From contig CM022672.1 of the NCBI GenBank assembly GCA_012295275.1, forward strand, positions 24,428,001 through 24,492,000: a stretch of 64,000 nt of DNA. Direction: 5' to 3'. A program made the position numbers and the translations under genes. The notes beneath the pieces are model-generated. The model searched no databases, was not told the origin of the DNA, and worked only from the letters and a program-made list of their open reading frames with translations. The first letter of the stretch is position 1. Each line of letters opens with the position of its first letter. This document shows, in pieces, positions 55,417-64,000 of the stretch. This DNA comes from Chrysomallon squamiferum. Lineage: Eukaryota > Animalia > Mollusca.

Positions 55417-58400
55417 CAACAACAACAAAAAACCCTACACCAATGCATCCACTAAGAAGGTTCAATCCTATGAGTCAAGTATCCCACTAGAAAGGCTCTA
55501 CTGATCAAGGTTAATCCGAATTCATATTGCTGGTTACGTTGTGGGTATTACAGACCTAATAAATAAATAAATAAATAAATAAATAAATGTTCTTGTCAGT
55601 TGTGAAGATCAGTATTAGGTCTCCTCCTTCAATTCAGTGTAGAAAAGAATCTCCTCCCTCGGATATCCTGTCTTTGTCTGGGGTAGTCCGGGTAGGGTTT
55701 TGTGTCGCTGTCAGTATAGTTTCGTCTTAATGGCACTAAAATGTGGAATCTCAGCTAACAATCCATTAGGAACAAAGTTGTGATTTTTCCTGAGATTGGA
55801 AATCTCTACAGTGTAAATGTTAGGAATTGGCGTTGTTTCCAGTTTCACTTGGTCCATGACTTTCACCTTAATCGCATCAACATGCTTAATAAATGGCACC
55901 ACTGCATGGTTGTACTGTATCTGATCTGCCATCTGGAGCATGTTGTCCACAGTCACAACATAGGCTCTGCACTGCAACATACTACACCTCCAGTAAATAT
56001 TCTCTCCATACTTTCTATTTTTGCAAAATTTGTGCTGGTTGTAATACAAATGTCGTCCGCCTATTAACATGTCGATAAAAGTCACTCTATATTGTGCAGC
56101 TACCATAAGGTTAAATGTAAAATAGTTTTCCATTTTGATATAAAACTTTATATAGATTAAACCGGGAAAAGAACCAATGTACAAGTGCTTGCTCAGTATA
56201 AGAGAAAGATAAATTTACTACCTAAAACAGTAAATTGGTAGAGCATAATACGAGCAAATAAACAAAAAACAAAAACAAACAGGTACCTACTCTATTAATG
56301 GAAGCCTAATTACAAATTCTACCAAGGACAGTAATCTCTTAACATTCTACTTCAGGGTTGTCATCTTGTTGTTAACAGAAAAGGCATCTCATAACTGCAG
56401 CGCACAACTTATAAACCAATTAGAAATGTCTATGTCCCAGGACTTTTATTATTCTACGTCCTGGTACTAAACAAAAGAGATTTGTCGACTTCCTGGGCCA
56501 ACAACTTTCTACTATCTGTTAAAAATTGAAGAAAAAGTTCTATTACTCAACTAATTGTGGAATATGAAGATTACTTTCAATTTAATTTGTTAGTCTTTTG
56601 AAACACATTTCTATTGAGTTGCTAATTAAAAAATTTGTGACAGCAGTATCACAATAATTATTAAGTAATTAATCTATTCCCATACACCTCATTCAAGCAT
56701 TCAAACTACAATTATTATATAAAATATCAACCATATAACAAAAATCTTTTTAATTTATTTTTACAGTTCATATTAATGACACATGTGATATTTTGAAATG
56801 TAAAGATGACTGTCTTTATTTTGGGTCTGGAAGTTATTGCTATTGTTATTCTGGTAAACTTTGGAGAGATGGATATGGTTGTGACCCTGGTAAGTATTAA
56901 TGATGCATTATTTTTTGCAAATTAAATTATGTTTTATATAATCAGTAAATATGAATCCATCAGATGAAAGCTTTAATATGTAAAATAGTGTTAATGAATA
57001 AATAAGTCAGTACAGAAAAGTAAATTTCCAGTTTTTGATCCAACCAGTCAACATTGGATCTGTCTGTTTTATAGCCTCTCCTGAAAATGTTAATTTTGCA
57101 AATTAGTCAAATAATTTATGTTTTTTAATTCTTTCAGATAATTTTTTCTCTGTACATATGTTTGATGTGTATGGCGATGCTCCTGTTTATTATGAGAAGG
57201 CGCTTTCACTTTGTTACCAGACAGGTGGGATTTTAGCATTTACACTGGATGAAGAAAATTATGTGTACTATCCATACAATGAAACGTTGTGGAGAGAACA
57301 TTATTATTACTATGGTTAGTTCAGTCAGATACCGAATTGCTAAAATAATTTATTGTAAATTCTGAATTTTGTTCTGCTACATTATTTGTGTAACCTCCCA
57401 CACACACCAGTTTTCATAAAACATAACTAAGTAATAGAATTTTCCCAACTTTCTTGAAAAATATTCAATTGTTTTTAACATTGATAATGCCAAATTATGT
57501 AATCTAGTTTTAAAATATTTGCTGATGATAAATAATGACACCAAAGAACAGACTCAAGCTGAAACTTTTCTTTTCTCCTTTTTTTGTTTTTGTGTTTTGT
57601 TTGTTTGTTTGTTTGAATTCTTGGTGCTGTATTTGTCATCCTTCCTTTGCCAATATAATTTCTTTTCTGTGTTATCTGTTCATTAATATTCCATTCACTC
57701 TCTCTTTCTTTGTCTTTTTTTGTTTGTTGTTGCTGACTTTTCGTTCCATAGCCTTGTTGGTCATTATTTACACACAGAAACACACACACATACACAGACA
57801 CACTTGCACACTTGCACACACGCACACACACACACACACACACACATTGGAGGTCCAAAAGACAGATTTTAAAACATTTTCATTGAGTTGTATATATATC
57901 TACATGTAGATAATATTTATAAATTAAGAGTCAATTAAAAATGTTCAGGTTTACTGCATGTATATGTGCAAAATCATGACCTTTGTTATAGTGGTTATGT
58001 AGTACTAGTTCAGGAAAATAGTCAAATTGTAATCAGATGCACTGAGGTGAGCTAAATCCCTGTCCAGAATATTAAAGATTATGTGTACTTTTCACTAGTG
58101 CATACCTTAATATATAATGCAGAATGGTTCTTATATCACAATTTGAAATAAATCATGCTGAAATGTGTACTAGATGCACAATTTGTAGCCCTTTCTTCAC
58201 CGATATAATATTTTTTCCCTTTCAGTTAAAACATGCCTTTTCTCCTTTTTTTCTCCCATAGTTTCAGAGGTGTTCATGTTACATAGCCTTTTGGGCTGAT
58301 TTAAAATCTTGATCTTAGAAACATATACATTTTGACTTATGAGTGCACCAACTTACAAGTTTTATGGGTTATGAGCAGTTGCCCAATCGATTTTTTGCTT

Positions 58401-61400
58401 TGAGTTGCAAGCCAAAATCCGAGTTATGAGTGAGCTTCAGATACACTGCCACTAGTTGGTGCAATGAACAGCACAACATCTGTCCAGCATCCAGCATCTC
58501 ACTTGTTTACTTCATATGGGTTACCTTGCTGTGGAATTATCTCTGTTTTGTTGTGCTTGCATTTTGTGCAGTATTTTGCCAAACTTCTTTTTTCTGACAA
58601 TGGATCCTAAGAAAGTGAGTGCAAAGAACAGTGCTGAGAAGAAGCAGATGATGTCCATTGATTTAAAGCTTGAAATCATTCAAAAACATGAGCTAGGTGT
58701 GCATGTAGTTGAGTTAGGTAGGCAGTACAAGGGTAATACTTCTACAATATGTACCATACTGAAGCAGAAGGAGTTCATAAAGGCTATAACTCCAGCCAAA
58801 GTCATTAAAATAATTTCTAAGCTGCTGACCCCTATGGTTAATGGAGAAGCAGTTTGCAGGGGATACTGTGATCATGGTGGCAGCAGAAGTTCAGGATACA
58901 TCCGCAGCAAGTCTTCAATTGTGATGAGACAGGGATCTTCTGGAAAAAGATGCCAAGGAGGACTTACATAATGGCGGAAGAGAAGAAGATGCCAGGCCAC
59001 AAACCCATGAATGATAGGTTAACCCTCGCACTTTGCACTAATGTGAGTGGCAACTGCAAGATCAAGCCACTGCTTGTATATCATTCGGAAAACCACAGTC
59101 AACAAGTTGCATAAGATTATAAAAGAAAAATTCCAGGTTATGTGGAGGGCACCCAGGCATATGTTTGTGGAGTGGGTAAACCTGGCCTTTGGTCCTGTCG
59201 TTAAGAAAATAACTTACCCCTGCAAACCTTCTATATCATTGTGATATGCCTCAGAATTATCAATATGGCCTTACAAGAAGAAGCTGTTGCCTGAGGTTGT
59301 ATCCAAAAGGGACTTCGAAGGATTCGAACCTAAAGTGGAGTGGTGGAGGAGATTGTGATCCTCAGAAAATCCATGGGACTGGAGGTGAATGAAGAAGATG
59401 TGACCGAGTTTGTTGAGGAGTACTCCAAGGAACTGACAACAGAGGAGTTAAATGAGCTGGTTGTACGTCTGCACTTTATAATGACATTTGCCTAACTTAT
59501 TTCTGAAACATTCTGAAAGGGTAGACATAACAAACTTCCATCGAAATTCTTTTATTGAAATGCCCTGCAGAAGAAAGTGATGAAAGCATGATGAAAAGGA
59601 TAAAAATCAGCAAAGAAGATTAAGTTAAGCAAAAGTAAAGAGAAAAGAAATCATATTTAAAAACACATTATAAAAATTTGGGGTGTTTTTGGGGAGGCTG
59701 GAATGGATTAATAGTATTTCAATTAATTTCAGTTGGGAAAATTGATTTGATAGACAAGCAAATTGAAGTACATTCTCAACTGATTAACTACAGCATTTGG
59801 CTATGGCATGTCATACTTAATTTTTCAGTGTTTGACAATGTCTGATTCTGTCAAACCAGGAGTAAAATATAAAAAAAATGTATTTGATCACAGAACGAAT
59901 TAAACTCATAAGTCAAGGTACTACTGTACATGGATGTATATGATATTTATAAATTAAAGGATCAAATGGATACCAAGTTTTGTTACAAAATGTACCTAAT
60001 ACTTTTATTAAATAGACTTTGACACTCAAGATCTTAATAAAAGATACAGAATGGCTTCTTGTTATGGGTGACATGATTGTAAACAGTGAAATTTTTTTTA
60101 AAAGTGCAGCATGGTTTGTTACTCTTTTTTCAAGTGACAAATTGTGCAGGCATTGCTACACTGTTTAATAGCCAGATATCCAATAGTGACATTATATGGG
60201 ACAAATTTTATTACCTATTGTGTCAAATTTTTATTATAGAATTGGTACTTAATATGAAATGAGTATAAAACTCTTAAGAATTACTAATATTATTCAGACT
60301 AAGTCTTGAGAGAACACCTGATACAATTTTCCCATTTGTCGCAAGAGCTTTTTCCTATAGACAGGACAAAACCTAACAGAGTCTTTAGTGAACCATTCTC
60401 TACCACCATGTGAGACGAGGAAATACCTAGTAAGTTCACCACTATGTTTAATCCTACTTTTGTCACTCAAGAGAGAGTGACAATTGTTACACAGTTTGAC
60501 ATGCAAGTGAAAAATCATGAATTAAGAACAGTTCTGCTAATGAAACTTTTTTAACGGTTTGGATCAAGTACATTTTAGTGGATACAAACATTAGCTTTTT
60601 TGAAATACTTAAGCCAGTTTCTTTATTCATTTGCTTTTTTTATAATCTCAATTAAATAGGTACCTTAGTAAATCTAATACATTTCCTTTATAAAATACAT
60701 TTTGTTTTATCTACTTTATAAAAATTTGTCATTTTTTTTTTATTCTTGCAGGTATTGTGGATGTCGAACAGGATGGAAGTTATTTTCGATATACAGATGG
60801 ATCTGAAGTTGTATATAATGCCATTGGTGATTATCCCATTTTTGCAAATCCAGGTTCTGTGCTCATGGTTAATAAAACATGGATTAATCCTGTTTACACT
60901 TACACTGAATGGAAAACTGAATCTACGATGGCTGGTACTGTGTACATTTGTCGCAAAGGAGGTACATTTTCAATTATTTTAAATTGCACAACATAAAAAA
61001 TACTATTTTAATATCGTTGCTATAATTAGTGGGGTTTTTTTTAATTCTTATAGTCAGTGAAACATTTCATTTGATTCTTTTATGAAATTATTTAAGTATT
61101 TAAAAAAAAATATTCCTTATCCTTATATTTCTTTTTTTAATTTATGAAGAATAGAGAATAAACTGACATCTTTACTGTTCTAATTTTTTCTCCTTCCTTT
61201 TCTTTTCATATTTAGATGAAGATGCCTCTTTATTGAATTCGTTCTATGATATAAGGGATTTTCAAATAACAACATCACCATTTTCAGTCTTTCATTCACT
61301 AATATCATTACTTGCTTTTGGTCCTGCAAGAAGCCGACTTTTGACCAAATTTTATTTAACTGTTAACTCAGCTGACCAAGATCTTAAATTTGGGTTATAC

Positions 61401-62887
61401 TGGAAACCACTGTCAGAAGAAAATAAATATTTGAAGGTAGAACTGAACTGTTTCTTGTAGATATTACAATAACACTAGATATGTTTATTGGCAAAAAAAA
61501 AAAAAAAATCATGAACAGAATTGAATAAAGATGTTTATTAGTAAAGAATAGTAAATATATTTGTTAATTACTTTACATATGTCACCTTTGTGATTGCCAC
61601 ATGCAAAAACCATGTTCGTAGCAGAGAAAAGAAGACTGAGAAACTGACAGTCAGCAAAAAACAAGTGGAATAAAAAAAACAGTTTTCCAAATAACTATCT
61701 TGGACTGTCATGATGCATTGATCATTGCTTATATTCTCTGCCTCATGCTAAAAATTAGCCTCATGTTTGTTCTGGGACCATTGCTGATGTAAAGCAGCTT
61801 CAATTTCTGCTACAGTTTGAATTCGTTTGATAAATGTTATATTTTATAAGAAAGTCCCACAGGTGTTCAATGAATTTGAGATGCAGCCTGCAGTCTGGTC
61901 ATGGTAGAGTCTCTGTCATCTCCTGCTGAGAAAACATCACCATGGCCTTTGCTTTGTGGGGCTGAGCATTTTTTTAATGGATTATTGTCAAAATGAGGAG
62001 TATTCCATCGCTCACCAAACATCAAACATACACAGATATGTCTATCAGTCACCTGAGGATATTTAAGGGGGTTACAAGAATGATACAATGTTTTGATGGA
62101 GAGTCATCTATTGGTATTCCATGGATCCTAATTTCAGATGAACTGGAGAAGGCAGCAAGTGTTATAAATTTCAGCAGATTTTGATCAAACAAAATATTAT
62201 ATTATAGTACTTCTGGACATTGGACAGTCCCCTGGGCTTATATTTGTACAGTTCTTGTGATAATGTTATGATTAACATCCTAGCTGTCTTTCAGTAGCAA
62301 TGCATGACATCCCACCATTTTTCATTCCAGTTATTTTCCATCTTTTGTATGTATAGAGTGTAAACCTTAATTTTATTTTAATTTTCCTTTCAAACCAAAA
62401 CAGTATTCACATTTGATTTAAATGCTGCTTAATGTTTTTTGTACCTTATCTATACACAGACATTCATGTATACAAACATGCATATGCAGAATCCATACAT
62501 ATGTATATACAAAAATGTTTGTCAGATAATTTGCATTTGTTTTGGAAAAGATAACAGCATACTCTATATTAAATTAAGCAACTTAAATTGATTTTGGATT
62601 ATATTAATGAGCAGTGCTTGAGAAAACAGAAAATGAGAAAAAAAAAAAAAAAAAAAAATAAGAACCCCCTCCAAAAATCTTCCTTTTATTTTATTTTTTA
62701 ATGTAATAAAACTATTTAGAACAAACTAATATTAAATTGTGCATGACTGTTTTTATTGTAGGTAACACTGAATGCAGAGAAAAATATAACTGGAGCAGTA
62801 GTGGTTGGATTTAATTGTAGCAGTTCCAGAGTAAAATACTATATTGAATATAAAACAATTGATGAAATCTCAAGTAATAAAACAAAG
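51472..62887 (+). CDS. Gene B: paralog of gene A (signal peptide, discoidin-like, EGF, C-type lectin-like, discoidin-like...), 3'-incomplete in window; possibly a pseudogene or null allele
   Basis: Exons 51472-51520 (MDNFVFWHCVVWVLIY), 52177-52526 (disrupted; TAG 52473-52475), 54554-54722, 56767-56889 (EGF ..YCYCYSGKLWRDGYGC), 57138-57314, 60752-60961 (CTLD), 61216-61436 (LAFGPARSR), 62762-62887 (VTLNAEKNITG..IEYK). Intron phases are identical to gene A. Confidence 0.8.
53160..53230. repeat. (CA)n/(GACA)n microsatellite in a gene B intron
   Basis: Direct inspection. Confidence 0.9.
54850..56490 (-). mobile_element. Mutator-like (MULE) element relic with FLYWCH zinc-finger ORF and long degenerate TIRs
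   Basis: ORF 55711-56184 GGRHLYYNQHKF.K......IYWRC....CRA...YNH (FLYWCH), continuing past a stop into HKTLPGLPQT..LILIFTTDKN; ~120-bp imperfect inverted repeats at 54850-54965 and 56358-56490. Confidence 0.7.
55005..55380 (-). mobile_element. 3' end of an L2/CR1-group LINE nested in the MULE
   Basis: EDEFHFASKCLFYNDIRVSYFKKYLYTRPSTFNIINLLSSKN, then an aataaa..(ctgaa/ttgaa)n-type tail on the minus strand. Confidence 0.65.
58331..59926 (+). mobile_element. Tigger/pogo-family element (copy 3) with transposase remnants
   Basis: MDPKKVSAKNSAEKK..HTH; DDE region VFNCDETGIFWKKMPRRTYIMAEEKKMPGHKPMNDRLTLALCTNVSGNCKIKPLLVYHSEN; right TIR caaggtactactg followed by TA. Confidence 0.9.
60290..60520 (-). 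mobile_element. Short LINE RT fragment
   Basis: KSRIKHSGELTRYFLVSHGGR resembles the RT segment preceding GVRQG. Confidence 0.35.
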
Positions 62888-64000
62888 GTATGAAGTGGTA
62901 AAAATAAAATCAAATGGTGTTAAATTTAACAACCAAAAAAGATGTTTAAATCCATTCCAAAAACAGTTATGGTAGAAATGGCACAAAAATAATTAATTAC
63001 AAATAGACTATAATCACCAACTTTAATGTCATGTCAGTTGTTAGTAAACCTTTCTTGGTGGGGATTGGATACACACAATTATATATGAATTAATACACTG
63101 AAAAGGGTTTTGTGGGAGTAGGATTGTTTTAATTTTAGTTTTGGATATTTAACAGATAAATAATAAAAGCTTATAACAGATTAAGAGATGAACTTATTCT
63201 GATTTCATTTTTGGTGTTAAATCCTTAATAACCTAATTGAAAGATGAAATCAGATTAAATTTATTTTAATTTTTCTGTAACTAAAATGCTTTCAAACCTG
63301 TAACTGTTTTCAGTAAATAGGAATGATTATTTAAAATAATCATATTTGAGGATTATCTGACATTGTTTATGACTTGTTGCCATTGAGAGGTTGGTTGATC
63401 ACATAATATAATAATTTTTTTCTGAAGAAAATTTGTACCAATTCATAACTGAATACACACTGTTTATTGTTCAGTTTTAAACTTTCTTTTCCACTAGAAT
63501 TTGTACTTTTATAAAAAAAAATTGTTAAATTAATTTCAGCCCAACAGTTTTAAGATAATGTTGACCAATCAGAAACTTTAATTTCTATTAATAATTCAGA
63601 ATTGCTTCAGAATTATTCTCACTAGTCCAGATTTTCTCATAAAGGAAGTGGATTTCATTAGTTTGCAATGAAAATTTCTTTTTGAAAGATTAAACTATAA
63701 CTACATACATTTCAAACCAGTTTATAAAATAGTTAATATTCAGTCAACAATTAAACTGTAAGATAAGTTGATATTCTACAGTCATATTTATCCAAATAAA
63801 GTAACCAACAATTTCAAAACAAATCTATGTAAATAAAAGTATGCTTGTCTGAAAATTCTAAAACATTCGGAATATGGTGAATATGGCATTGTTTGAACTC
63901 TGATTGGAACTGTGATGTCAGTTAATAATTAAGAATAGCAGTAAATGATCTATTATATTTCACTTGCATGGGAAAATATATACAATACCTGTTGATAAAC

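Noticed and set aside
57475-57909. 127-aa and 124-aa ORFs
   Set aside because: Low-complexity translations of (CA)n and (GTTT)n microsatellites in an intron.

Overview
AT-rich, intron-containing animal genomic DNA. A lophotrochozoan or mollusc origin is inferred from gene and TE content, not proven. Manual splicing with GT-AG boundaries and phase checks gives four multi-exon genes. (A) Minus strand, 1054-16874: a ~910-aa secreted mosaic protein, signal peptide-[discoidin F5/8C-like, EGF, C-type-lectin-like]x2-discoidin-short tail. (B) Plus strand, from 51472 and probably running off the window: an exon-for-exon paralog of A whose second coding exon appears disrupted by frameshifts and a TAG stop. 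Between them lie (C) a 152-aa secreted DUF3011/ADEL-lectin-like gene (26287-29030), which the ORF track misses, and (D) an intact HSPA13/STCH (33143-37820). Introns and intergenic DNA hold many TE relics: three Tigger/pogo copies, a Tc2-like MITE, two hAT elements with 8-bp TSDs, a FLYWCH/MULE, an Ngaro/DIRS hydrolase relic, L1-, L2/CR1- and I/Nimb-type LINE fragments, and an Academ-like CXC relic. CpG decay in copies of the same TE depends on position, consistent with mosaic gene-body methylation. All family assignments come from motif recognition by eye; no database search was run.
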